Shown here: positions 8,055 to 17,232 of the stretch, one piece after another | Layout of the letters: every line of letters starts with the position of its first letter | How positions within the stretch are numbered: the stretch's first letter is position 1 | Source of the DNA: Actinomycetes bacterium | GTDB lineage: Bacteria > Actinomycetota > Acidimicrobiia > IMCC26256 > PALSA-555 | Direction: 5' to 3' | NCBI GenBank assembly: GCA_037142235.1 | Contig: JBAXBB010000002.1 | Coordinates: forward strand, 1-55,339 | DNA length: 55,339 nucleotides | Position numbers and translations under genes: made by a program | The notes under the pieces: model-generated | Told to the model about the DNA's origin: nothing | The model's input: the letters and a program-made list of their open reading frames with translations, nothing else | Database searches by the model: none

Positions 8055-10522
8055 CCGTTCCCCCGTTCTCCAGGTACCCCGAGTGCTCCGCGTGCTCGGT
8101 CCGGTGCGGTGTCACCGTCGCGCCGCGCTCCGTCGGGCTGGCGCCCGATCTCCGCCAGGACCCGCTCGGTGTCCTGCCCACAGAGTGGCGCGTCCCCGAG
8201 TACCGACCGGCTGCGCGAGAACCGCACGTGCGCCGCGGCCCGGGGGTACTCGTCGAGCGTCGGGTGGTGCCCGGTCGTGCGCAGCCCGAGCTCGTCGGCG
8301 ATGCCTCCGAGCGCGAACGTGCGGTCGAGGCCGTAGGGCGACACTGCGACCACCGTGATCCCGTCGGGCACCAAGCAATCCTGCCACTCGGTGGCGGTCG
8401 CACCGAGGAACCCGGCCGCCAGCGCGTCCGCAGGATCAGGCACCCCACCACCCACCCCGACCCGCGCCAGCAGGGCCGCGCGCGCGGCGGGGCGCTCGAC
8501 CGCACACATCACCCAGCCGTCGGCGGTCTCGTAGAGCCGGTGGAACGGACCGAGGCCGAACAAGAACTCGTCGGGTGCGGGGGTCGGGGCACCGGTCGGC
8601 CCGATCACCGTGGTGTCGGCCAAGGCGTGGGCCACGGTCGAGAGCATCGACGTGCGCAGCACGTCACCGCCGCCGTGACGCACCCGGCCGAGGACACCGA
8701 GCGCCATCGTGGTCGCGACGCCGAGCGCGGCGATCCCGTCGGAGTTGGCCGGCGAGCTCGCACCGGTGGCCAGGCGCATCGAGGTGCGCTTGACCGTGTC
8801 GAGGTCGAGGTCGGGACCGCTCGGCACCCGCTCGGCTCCTCCCACGTTGCGCACCGCCATACCGGAGGCTGCACCCATGGTCGGGGCGAAGGCGGGTCGG
8901 TGCCCACACGGTGGACCGTCGCCGTACCCGGGGGAGCTCACGTAGACGAGGTCGGGCTTGACCGCGAGGAGGTGGTCAGGAGCACACCGGAGCCGCTCGG
9001 CGACGCCGGCCCGGAAGCTCTGCAGCACGACGTCGGCGTCCCGCACCAGATCGAGCAACGCGGCGTGGCCGTCGGGCGTCGCCAGGTCGAGGACGACGGA
9101 TTCCTTGCCCTGGAGCACCTTGATGCCCGACAGGTCGGGGAACGGCATGAGGTGGCGGATGGCGTCACCCTCGGCGGACTCCACCTTGATCACCCGGGCG
9201 CCGAACTCCGCCAGCAACGTGGCCCCGAAGGGAGCGGCGAAGAACGAGCCGATCTCCACCACGGTGACCCCCTCGAGCACCGGAGCGTCGGCGGGCCGCG
9301 GGGTGGCGGGCCCGGAACCCACCGGCGCGGATCCGGCGGGCACGGGCGCGAACGACACGGCGAGCCTGGTCCCGGGGACGTCCGCCTCGCCGAGCCCGGG
9401 GGTCGGACGGGCCGGATCGACCGTCCACACCCGCGACCGCGCGAGCCCGGCCGGGACGCGCACGCCGGATGCGCTCGTCCCCACCAGGCCGTCGGCGACG
9501 AGCTGCGCGTGCTCGAGGGCGAGCGGACCGCTGCGGTAGACGTCGGCCCAGACGTCGGGGTCGGCGTCGAAGACGGCACTCCACTCGTCGGCGGTGCGAG
9601 ACCGCACGGCGCTGAGGAGCGCCTCCCAGAACGCCACGCGCACCGCGGGGTCCTCGGCGTTCTCGCGCGCCAGGACCGCCGGGTCGGTGGGGTCGAGCCC
9701 GCACGCCCGCAGGAACGCGTGCCACAGCCGGTCCGTGGTCTGCGAGAACTGCAGCCACTGCCCGTCGCCCGACAACCCCACCAGGAGCCGGAAGAACATC
9801 GGCGTGTTGGGCACGAGGAGGTCGGCGTCGATCGCCGAGGCCGCGGTGAAGGCCTGCGAGTACCGCTCGGCCAGCACGTGGAGGAGCCAGTTCCAGGTGT
9901 CGAAGGCGACCAGGGCCCCGGCGAGCGTCACCGCCACCCGCTGGCCCGTCCCGCTGCGCTCGCGCTCGACCAGGGCCCCGACGATGCCCTGGATCGTCAG
10001 GTGCGCAGCGCCGACCGACGCGTACGGCGTGGCGACGAAGGCCGGGCCGGGCCGCGAGGTCAGGCTCGAGAACCCGACCGGGCCGCCGAGCACCGCCATC
10101 ACCACCGACTCCCAACCCTCCACGCCCGCGAACCGGGAGTCGTCGCCGAAGGCACTGATCCGGGCGTGGACCAGGCGGGGGTCCGCCGCGCACAGGTCGT
10201 CGGCGGCCAGGCCCAAGCGCGCCGCTGCGCCCGGCGCCCAGCCGTCCACGAACACGTCGCTGCACGCCACGAGGTCCCGGGCCCGGGCCCGGTCGGCCGC
10301 CGCGGTGAGGTCCACGCACAGGCTGTGCTGGCCACGGCTCCACAGTTCCCACGCCGCGCTCGCCCGCAGACGAGAGCCTCCGGGCGGCTCGAGCAGCCAT
10401 ACCTCGGCCCCGGCGTCGGCGAGCTGCTGGCCGACCACCGCCGTGGGCAGGGCGTTCGCCGTGGTCACGACCCGGAGGCCGGCCAGCGGCGCGCCGGCGG
10501 TCGAGGGATCCGGGATCGGCAC
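8051..10522 (-). CDS. fused tandem family-III (CaiB/BaiF) CoA-transferase
   Basis: The 823-aa protein has two CaiB/BaiF-like halves. Each opens with the Rossmann-like signature (LAGLRVVTTANALPTAVVGQQLADAGAEV and LEGVTVVEIGSFFAAPFGATLLAEFGARVIKVE). Confidence 0.8.
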   Translation of the reverse strand: MPIPDPSTAGAPLAGLRVVTTANALPTAVVGQQLADAGAEVWLLEPPGGSRLRASAAWELWSRGQHSLCVDLTAAADRARARDLVACSDVFVDGWAPGAAARLGLAADDLCAADPRLVHARISAFGDDSRFAGVEGWESVVMAVLGGPVGFSSLTSRPGPAFVATPYASVGAAHLTIQGIVGALVERERSGTGQRVAVTLAGALVAFDTWNWLLHVLAERYSQAFTAASAIDADLLVPNTPMFFRLLVGLSGDGQWLQFSQTTDRLWHAFLRACGLDPTDPAVLARENAEDPAVRVAFWEALLSAVRSRTADEWSAVFDADPDVWADVYRSGPLALEHAQLVADGLVGTSASGVRVPAGLARSRVWTVDPARPTPGLGEADVPGTRLAVSFAPVPAGSAPVGSGPATPRPADAPVLEGVTVVEIGSFFAAPFGATLLAEFGARVIKVESAEGDAIRHLMPFPDLSGIKVLQGKESVVLDLATPDGHAALLDLVRDADVVLQSFRAGVAERLRCAPDHLLAVKPDLVYVSSPGYGDGPPCGHRPAFAPTMGAASGMAVRNVGGAERVPSGPDLDLDTVKRTSMRLATGASSPANSDGIAALGVATTMALGVLGRVRHGGGDVLRTSMLSTVAHALADTTVIGPTGAPTPAPDEFLFGLGPFHRLYETADGWVMCAVERPAARAALLARVGVGGGVPDPADALAAGFLGATATEWQDCLVPDGITVVAVSPYGLDRTFALGGIADELGLRTTGHHPTLDEYPRAAAHVRFSRSRSVLGDAPLCGQDTERVLAEIGRQPDGARRDGDTAPDRARGALGVPGERGNG

Positions 10523-10576
10523 GGACCGGATTCAACCATCTTACCCGCCCAACCGGCAAATGACCCTTCGGGGGGC

Positions 10577-11269
10577 TCAGGCGTCGGGACGACTCGCCAC
10601 GAACAGGGCCCGCCCGCGCGCCACGACGGAGCCGTCCACGACGATCTCGGCCGACAGACGGGTCTTTCGGCCCTCGACCCCGGTGCAGCGTGAACGCAGT
10701 TCGAGCGGCACCCCGAGCGGCACGCCGGCCAGATAGTCGACCTCGAGCGCCACGGTCATCCCCAGCCGACCGGCAGCCACCAGCGCCGCACCGAGCGACT
10801 CGTCGAGCAGCGCGGCTACCACACCACCGTGTGCGCGCTCCGGCGGTCCACCGGCGGCGGCCCCGAGCACGCAATGGCCACGGACCTCCGGGCCCGGACC
10901 AGCGGTGATGGCGGGACCCACCGTGAGGTCGTCGAACGCCACCGGGATCGCACGCGGATTGGCCCGGCCCGTCCCGGCTTGGGTGAGGTTCTCGAACCGT
11001 CCGTCGGAATGGCGGACCAACCGGATCAGCGGGTCGCGGGTCCGCGCACCGAGGTCGTCGACGATCCGCTCGAGTTCGGCGGTCAGGCGGACCCGCTCGG
11101 CGTCGTCGACGTCGGTGACCACGACGCCGTCGAGCAGCCGACGCACCACGTCGACCAGCGCCGCCTGCTCCGCCGTGAACGACTCCGCTCCCGGCAGCGC
11201 GTCACCCATCCGCGCGGCGAGGTCGGAGGCTGATCCCGTCGGGCGCGGCTCGAACCGAGGAGTGGTCAC
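10577..11269 (-). CDS. PaaI-family hotdog thioesterase
   Basis: The C-terminal 230 aa of track ORF 10577..12298 carry a hotdog core (HGGVVAALLDESLGAA...). The in-frame GTG at 11269 overlaps the sulfotransferase stop as GTGA. An alternative ATG (MGDALPG) lies downstream. Confidence 0.7.
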   Translation of the reverse strand: MTTPRFEPRPTGSASDLAARMGDALPGAESFTAEQAALVDVVRRLLDGVVVTDVDDAERVRLTAELERIVDDLGARTRDPLIRLVRHSDGRFENLTQAGTGRANPRAIPVAFDDLTVGPAITAGPGPEVRGHCVLGAAAGGPPERAHGGVVAALLDESLGAALVAAGRLGMTVALEVDYLAGVPLGVPLELRSRCTGVEGRKTRLSAEIVVDGSVVARGRALFVASRPDA

Positions 11270-12540
11270 GATCGGTCCGCTCCCGTCGGTCCCGCCGGCG
11301 CCGAGAGGAACCGTGCGGCCGCCCGCGCGAACCGGTCGTCGACCTCCACCGGGTCGATCCCGAAGTCGGTGGCGGTGCTGTGGTGCACCGCGCCGGTGTC
11401 GGTGCCCTGCCCGTCGAGGTAGGCGACCATGGCGGCGCGGGTCGGCGCGGGCAGGTCCCAACCGAAGTGCGCGTAGATCCCGCTCGCGACGGCGAGGGCG
11501 TCGTCGACGAAGTCGCGATGACGCGAGTGCGTGCACCGGTCCGCAGCGAGGGTCCCGTCGTCGACGAGGTCGACCAGTCGGTCGAGCGAGCGGGCGTAGA
11601 GGTCCACGTGGTAGCGGCCGATCGCCACCGGATCGACGACGTCGCTGTGGACCGAGCGCATCGTCGCGACCAGGCTCGACACCGAGGCGAGGAACGCCAC
11701 CGGGTCGCGGTGGGTGGTGGAGAGCCGGGCGTCGGGGTAGACGTGCAGCAGGGTCGGCAGCGCCTGGAGGTGCACCGGCGACTTCAGGAGCCAGCGGCGC
11801 GTCGGCGCGCCGCGCTGCAGGACCTGCAGCACCCGCCGGTGCATCTCGTAGGCCGGGAGCGGGTCGCCACGGTGCAGCCACTCGGTGTACGTGGGCACGT
11901 CGTAGCGGGCGACGAACTCCTCCGAGCGAAAGGCCAGCGACATCGCGCTCAGGCACTCCTTGGGCATCCGGGCCGAGTACTCGTGGATGGCGACCAGACC
12001 GTCGGCCACCACCTGTGGCGTCTGGAGCTCGGTGCCCGCGAGGGCGATCCGCGCCGAAGGATCGGGGTCCCGCGCGGGCGGCGGCACCGGCCGGAGGAGC
12101 TCCCAGCCCTCGGGTGCCCGCAGGCGGTCGTCGGTCGCCAGCAGCCCGAAGAGCACGGTGGTGCCGGTGCGCGGAGCGCCGACCACGAACCACGGTGCGA
12201 CGATCTCCTCGCCGCGCACCTCCGGATCGGACGCGGTGTACGCCTCCAGCGCCAGGCGCTGCTCCACCAGGCGGGCGAGGAACCGGTGGGTGATCCAACG
12301 ACCGAGCACGGTGAGGTTCGCCTCGTCCTCCAGCGCCGGCAGCAGCACCCCGAGCGCCTCGACCGAGTCGTCACCCAGGGTCGCCACGACGTCGGCGCCG
12401 CTCCGGCCCAGCCGCGAGGCCGCGTCGCCGGCCAGGCGCTCGAGGGTGAAGGGCACGGCGGCGACCTCGGCCAGCGGCCAGACGTCACCCCGGTTGACGG
12501 CGGCGACCCACTCGGCGCGCGGGCCGGGCCGCCAGGTCAC
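11266..12540 (-). CDS. sulfotransferase family protein
   Basis: Has a PAPS 5'-phosphosulfate loop (GAPRTGTTVLFGLL) and a 3'-phosphate motif (THRDPVAFLASVSS). The GTG at 12540 overlaps the upstream stop as GTGA. Confidence 0.8.
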   Translation of the reverse strand: MTWRPGPRAEWVAAVNRGDVWPLAEVAAVPFTLERLAGDAASRLGRSGADVVATLGDDSVEALGVLLPALEDEANLTVLGRWITHRFLARLVEQRLALEAYTASDPEVRGEEIVAPWFVVGAPRTGTTVLFGLLATDDRLRAPEGWELLRPVPPPARDPDPSARIALAGTELQTPQVVADGLVAIHEYSARMPKECLSAMSLAFRSEEFVARYDVPTYTEWLHRGDPLPAYEMHRRVLQVLQRGAPTRRWLLKSPVHLQALPTLLHVYPDARLSTTHRDPVAFLASVSSLVATMRSVHSDVVDPVAIGRYHVDLYARSLDRLVDLVDDGTLAADRCTHSRHRDFVDDALAVASGIYAHFGWDLPAPTRAAMVAYLDGQGTDTGAVHHSTATDFGIDPVEVDDRFARAAARFLSAPAGPTGADRS

Positions 12541-13745
12541 GTCCGGAACCGCCAGGCGAGGTGGCGCCGCCGCGCCGCCATGGTCGCGGCGCGCTCGGCC
12601 GCACCCACCCGTGCCGTCCCGGGCGCCAGGGCGCCGGCCAGGTCGGCGAGGGGGACGACCAGGGTCGAGGCGTCGGGGTCGGCCTCGGCCCAGAACCACC
12701 GCAGCGTGCACAGCCCCGCCCGCCGGCCCCCGACGTCGAGCCAGTTGGCCACCCCGGGATCCCGGTGCGCCAGCACGAAGCGCACCCGACCGTCGGCGTC
12801 GGGCACGGCCTGACGGTGGTTGAGCGACGACTGGTGCTCGGTGACGTCGACGAGCTCGTACGTGCCCAGCTCGTAGCACTGGACACTCCAGTACGGGGCC
12901 GCCGGCACGGCGACGTCGAGCACCAGCGCGTCGTCGGGCCCGAGGTCCCAGAAGCAGAACGCGTACCGGGCCGACGCCAGGCCCTTGGCCACCTTCATCG
13001 GGGGCGCCATGACGTTGTCGGTGCCCTCGGCGCGGTGCTCACGCAGATAGGTGTTCCAGTTGCGTACGGAGTGCTCCACCCCGGCGGCCGCGTCGGCGAG
13101 ACGGTCGGCGAGTTCGGGCGCGGTCATTCGGGGTGCCGGCGCGTCGCCGTCGGGATCGAGGCACTCGATCACCATCGTGGCCGGCTCGGCCGCGTCCCAT
13201 TCGTAGTAGTACTCGCGCAACGACACCATCACCGCGCCGTCGGGCAACGGCACCCACCGAGCGCCGGGTGACGTGCCCGGAGACGCGCCGGCCGCTCCCT
13301 CCGGAGGCTCGCCGCCGACGATCAACTCGAAGTCGTCGCCGGCGCCGATGCCCAGTTCGGTGGCGGTCACCTCGTGGACGGTGCCCCAGCGCTCCTGGTG
13401 CATGAACCCACAGCGCACCGCCAGCACGAACTCCTCGCACGAGTGCATGCGCCCGGTGATGCGGTACCGGCGCGCCGGGTCGACCCGGGCATGCCGATAC
13501 ACGTTGTCGGCGTTGGGACCACCCCACTGGGTGATCAGGTCGTTGTGACGCTGGAACGACGGGCGCCGCGGGTCGGCGTGGAACACCGACCATCCGGTCC
13601 AGCACAGGACCTGCTCGGCGAGGTGGGCCACGGCGTCGACGCGGTCGGCGACGTCGTCGGGGAACGGTGGCGCCACCACGTCGTCGCCGAGCGCGCCCAG
13701 GCGCGCACACAGGTCGCTCCACGCGGCACGCGCGACCTCCGCCAT
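12537..13745 (-). CDS. conserved hypothetical protein (possibly DUF1214-like)
   Basis: This 402-aa ORF has non-biased composition and sits 3 nt downstream of the BVMO stop. WGGPNADNVYRHARVD resembles DUF1214/DUF1254-type motifs. The family assignment is from memory only. Confidence 0.6.
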   Translation of the reverse strand: MAEVARAAWSDLCARLGALGDDVVAPPFPDDVADRVDAVAHLAEQVLCWTGWSVFHADPRRPSFQRHNDLITQWGGPNADNVYRHARVDPARRYRITGRMHSCEEFVLAVRCGFMHQERWGTVHEVTATELGIGAGDDFELIVGGEPPEGAAGASPGTSPGARWVPLPDGAVMVSLREYYYEWDAAEPATMVIECLDPDGDAPAPRMTAPELADRLADAAAGVEHSVRNWNTYLREHRAEGTDNVMAPPMKVAKGLASARYAFCFWDLGPDDALVLDVAVPAAPYWSVQCYELGTYELVDVTEHQSSLNHRQAVPDADGRVRFVLAHRDPGVANWLDVGGRRAGLCTLRWFWAEADPDASTLVVPLADLAGALAPGTARVGAAERAATMAARRRHLAWRFRT

Positions 13746-13748
13746 CGC

Positions 13749-15713
13749 TCAGGCGATCACGAAGTCGGCCGGGTCGGCCGCCCGGGTCCAGGTGAAGTAG
13801 GTGTCCATCGGCCAAGGCGACAACGAAAAGATCTTGCCGTCCGGGTTCTTGTAGTGCGAGTGCTCGATCGACGGGTGCGACCACACCAGCTGGTCGATCT
13901 CGGCCCGGTAGCGGGTCACGTACTCGTCGTGGACCTCGGCGCGCACCTCGATCGTGTGCGCTCCACCCGCGAGCACCCGGTGGATGGCGTCCATCGCGTA
14001 GGTGACCTGGCACTCGGAGTGGAAGAAGAGGCTGGCGCCGTGGGCCACGTTGGTACCCGGTCCGTAGCAGAGGAAGAGGTTCGGGAAGTTCGGGACGGTG
14101 ATCCCGAGGTACGCCGACGGCTCGTCGCCCCACTGCTCGCGGATCGACACTCCCCCACGTCCCGTGAACTCGATCGGGGCGAGGAACTCGTTGGCGCGGA
14201 ACCCGGTCGCGAGGCACAGCACGTCGGCCTCGTGGAGCACGCCGTCGGCGGTGACGACCCCCTCGGGCACGATGTGCTCGATCGGGGTGCGGATGAGGTC
14301 GACGTGGGGCCGCTTGAGCGTCTCGTACCAGGTGCCGTCGTCCTGCATGATGCGCTTGCCCGACGGCGGGTACGGCGGGATCGACTTCTCGACGAGGTCG
14401 GGGTGCCCGGCGAGGCGCTCACGGATGTACGTGGTGAGCTGCTCGCGACGCTGCTCGCTGCCGGCGTTGATGGCCCGGCCCGAGCCGTCGTCGACCGCCG
14501 GATCGCGCCGGTAGGGCGTGGTGCCGATGCCCACCCCCGGGTACATCATCTGGAAGCGGAACCAGCGGGCGTAGAACGGCAGGTGGACCATGGCCCACCG
14601 GTCACCCTCCGGCAGCGACGCGTGGTAGATCGGGTTGGCCAGCACCCACTGGGCGGTGCGCTGGTAGACGTCGAGGTGGGCGACGGTGTCGGCGATGGCC
14701 GGCACGATCTGGAAGCCACTGGCGCCCGCGCCGAGCAGCGCGAACCGGGTGCCGGTGAGGTCGAGGTCGGCGGGCCAACGCGACGAGTGGAAGGTGGGGC
14801 CGGCGAACGACTCGAGGCCCTCGATCTCCGGGAAGCGCGGCAGGTTGATCGCTCCCACCGCGCTGATGACGAAGGGGGCCTCGAGCGTGTCGGTGCCGCC
14901 GTCGGGCGTGCGCACCGTGACCCGCCACCGGGCCGCCGTCTCGTCCCAGGCCGCCGCGATGACCTCGGTGGAGAACCGGATGTGCGGCCGGAGACCGAAC
15001 TGGTCGACGACACGCTCGAAGTAGGCCTGCAACTCGGGCTGACGGCAGAAGTACTCCGACCAGTGGTCGGAGGGCACGAAGGAATAGGAGTAATGGTGGC
15101 TGGAGATGTCGACCCGGGCACCCGGGTAGCGGCTGTCGTGCCAGGTGCCGCCGGGCCCGTCGCTCTTCTCGACGATGGTGAAGGGGAGGCCCGCCTCGGC
15201 CAGACGGATCCCGGCCAGGATGCCCGACTCGCCGCACCCGATCACGACGACCGGCGACTCGGCCCTCACCGAGGCCGGGATCTCATCGCCCCAGCGCACC
15301 GCCCCCGGGTCGACCCCGGCGAGGTCGAGCTCGTGGCGGAACATGGGGGCCATCGCCTCGGGCAGAGGGCGACAGGCCAGGAAGGCCATCATCTCGTCGG
15401 CCACCTCGGGAGCCACCGAACAGGGCCGACACCCGCCGTCGCGGTAGGCCAGCACAGCCGGCAGGGCCTGGCGACGCACCTCGGCGCACTGCTCGGGGGT
15501 CATGCCGCTCTGCACGTCCATCGGGGTGGGCAGCGCCGGGCGCGCGTCGCCACGGATCCACGAGGGGTCACCGGTCATGTGCACGAGCGAGCAGAGGAGC
15601 GACGGGATGCTGACGTCCTCGAGCGCCCGGGCGATCGCGGCGTCGTCGTCGGTGAAAGGAGCCCCGGCGTAAGGATTGCGGTCGGCGGGAGTGCCGTCGG
15701 TCGGAGTGGCCAT
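13749..15713 (-). CDS. Baeyer-Villiger monooxygenase with N-terminal extension (HAPMO-like)
   Basis: Has an FAD GxGxxG (VVVIGCGESGILAG), the BVMO fingerprint FxGxxxHxxxWP (FAGPTFHSSRWP) and a second Rossmann motif (FALLGAGASGFQ). About 140 aa precede the FAD motif. Confidence 0.85.
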   Translation of the reverse strand: MATPTDGTPADRNPYAGAPFTDDDAAIARALEDVSIPSLLCSLVHMTGDPSWIRGDARPALPTPMDVQSGMTPEQCAEVRRQALPAVLAYRDGGCRPCSVAPEVADEMMAFLACRPLPEAMAPMFRHELDLAGVDPGAVRWGDEIPASVRAESPVVVIGCGESGILAGIRLAEAGLPFTIVEKSDGPGGTWHDSRYPGARVDISSHHYSYSFVPSDHWSEYFCRQPELQAYFERVVDQFGLRPHIRFSTEVIAAAWDETAARWRVTVRTPDGGTDTLEAPFVISAVGAINLPRFPEIEGLESFAGPTFHSSRWPADLDLTGTRFALLGAGASGFQIVPAIADTVAHLDVYQRTAQWVLANPIYHASLPEGDRWAMVHLPFYARWFRFQMMYPGVGIGTTPYRRDPAVDDGSGRAINAGSEQRREQLTTYIRERLAGHPDLVEKSIPPYPPSGKRIMQDDGTWYETLKRPHVDLIRTPIEHIVPEGVVTADGVLHEADVLCLATGFRANEFLAPIEFTGRGGVSIREQWGDEPSAYLGITVPNFPNLFLCYGPGTNVAHGASLFFHSECQVTYAMDAIHRVLAGGAHTIEVRAEVHDEYVTRYRAEIDQLVWSHPSIEHSHYKNPDGKIFSLSPWPMDTYFTWTRAADPADFVIA

Positions 15714-15775
15714 GCCGCCAGTCTCACACGCCGCCGCCCCGGACGGCCACGCCGGGGTCGGTCTAGGGTCGCGCC

Positions 15776-16270
15776 GTGGACACCAACGCCGATCCGGGCG
15801 CCGCCGGTACCGGAGACCCCGACCTCACCGCCGACCGCGTCGACCTGCGCTACCTCGTCGAGGGGTACGCCATCGCCTGCGACACCCGTGACCCCGATGC
15901 CCTCGGCGCCTGCTTCGCCGACGGCGCGGTCCTCACCGTCCACTGGCCCGACCGTGCGGCGACCCGCCTGGCGTTCCCCGAGAGCGCCGCCGCCATCACC
16001 ACCAACCTGAGTCGCTACGACCGCACCCTCCACCTCGTCGGCAACCACCGCGCCACGATCGACGGCGACACCGCCACCGGACTCACCTACTGCGTCGCCC
16101 ATCACATCACCGGCGACCAGAACTCCATCATGACGATCCGCTACCTCGACACCTACCGCCGCGACCCCAGCGGCTGGCGCTTCGTCACCCGCGACCTCCA
16201 GGTGGACTGGACCGAGGACACCACGGTCGTCCCCGGCTCACCCGGCTCACCCGGTTCCCCGGGAGCCTGA
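15776..16270 (+). CDS. SnoaL-like / NTF2-fold protein
   Basis: A 164-aa protein with a pattern typical of SnoaL_4 (LRYLVEGYAIACDTRD...YLDTYRRDPSGWRF). It uses a GTG start and ends in PGSPGSPGSPGA. Confidence 0.7.
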   Translation: MDTNADPGAAGTGDPDLTADRVDLRYLVEGYAIACDTRDPDALGACFADGAVLTVHWPDRAATRLAFPESAAAITTNLSRYDRTLHLVGNHRATIDGDTATGLTYCVAHHITGDQNSIMTIRYLDTYRRDPSGWRFVTRDLQVDWTEDTTVVPGSPGSPGSPGA

Positions 16271-16279
16271 GGCCCGACC

Positions 16280-17191
16280 ATGGGCATGCCCACCGACCTC
16301 GGGATCATCGACCTCCAGCTCGGCTTCCCGTTCACCAGCGTCGAGGAGAAGCGCGCCACCTACGACTTCTTCCGTCCCCTCCTCAAGGACGACCAGAGCG
16401 CCCGCGACTTCGAGTTCCCGGCCGAGTACCTGTTCAAGGGGGTGCCCGACCTCGTCGAGCCCGGCACCGACGTCGTGGCCTGGGTCCTCGAGCAGATGGA
16501 CCGGTTCGGCATCGCCGTGGCCATGTCCGGGCTCTCTCCCCGCAGTCTCGAGGCCCGGCGCCGCCACCCCGACCGCTTCGTGCTGCAGCTCTCGGTGAAC
16601 CCCAACGAGGGCATGGAGGCCGTACGCCGGATCAGCCGGGCGCACGAGGAGCACGGGATCGTCTCGGTGATGTGCTTCCCGTGCGGCCAGGTGCCCCAGG
16701 TCAACATCGACGACCCCCTCATGTACCCCATCTACATGCGCTGCGTGGAGCTCGGCCTCCCGATGTGCGTCAACGCCGGGATCGTCGGCCCCCGGATGCC
16801 CAGTGCCCCCCAGCAGGTCATGCGCCTCGACCGGGTCTGCTACGACTTCCCCGAGCTCACCCTGGTGACCATGCACGGCACCGAGCCCTGGGCCGACCTG
16901 GCCGTGAAGCTCATGCTCAAGTGGCCGGGCCTCCACTTCATGACCAGCGCCTTCGCCCCCAAGCACTACCCGAAGGCGGTCGTGGACTACGCCAACACCC
17001 GGGGGGCCGACAAGGTGATGTACTGCGGTTACTTCCCAGCCGGGCTCACCCTGGAGCGCCAGTTCGCCGACCTGCCCCAGGTGCCCTTCCGCGACCACGT
17101 GTGGCCCAAGTTCCTCCGGGAGAACGCCCTGCGGGTGTTCGGGATCGAGGCCGCCACCCGAACTGGGTCGGCCGGGCCATCCGCGGCATAA
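16280..17191 (+). CDS. amidohydrolase-2 family protein
   Basis: A 303-aa protein with TIM-barrel amidohydrolase-like segments (PLMYPIYMRCVELGLPMCVNAG, LTLVTMHG). It lies 9 nt after the SnoaL-like gene. Confidence 0.6.
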   Translation: MGMPTDLGIIDLQLGFPFTSVEEKRATYDFFRPLLKDDQSARDFEFPAEYLFKGVPDLVEPGTDVVAWVLEQMDRFGIAVAMSGLSPRSLEARRRHPDRFVLQLSVNPNEGMEAVRRISRAHEEHGIVSVMCFPCGQVPQVNIDDPLMYPIYMRCVELGLPMCVNAGIVGPRMPSAPQQVMRLDRVCYDFPELTLVTMHGTEPWADLAVKLMLKWPGLHFMTSAFAPKHYPKAVVDYANTRGADKVMYCGYFPAGLTLERQFADLPQVPFRDHVWPKFLRENALRVFGIEAATRTGSAGPSAA

Positions 17192-17232
17192 TGCCCATCG
17201 GCCGTCCGGCCGTCCGTCCGAGGGGGAACACC

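Noticed and set aside
10577-12298. A single 573-aa protein as given in the ORF track.
   Set aside because: The N-terminal 340 aa or so are Arg/Pro-rich and overlap the well-supported sulfotransferase gene in another frame. Only the C-terminal 230 aa (hotdog thioesterase) look real, and they start at a GTG overlapping the upstream stop.
16232-16258. A 9-bp repeat (cccggctca, about three copies) encoding the PGSPGSPGSP tail of the SnoaL-like protein.
   Set aside because: It is a short low-complexity C-terminal tail with nothing suggesting a function. I note it only as another slippage-prone tract.
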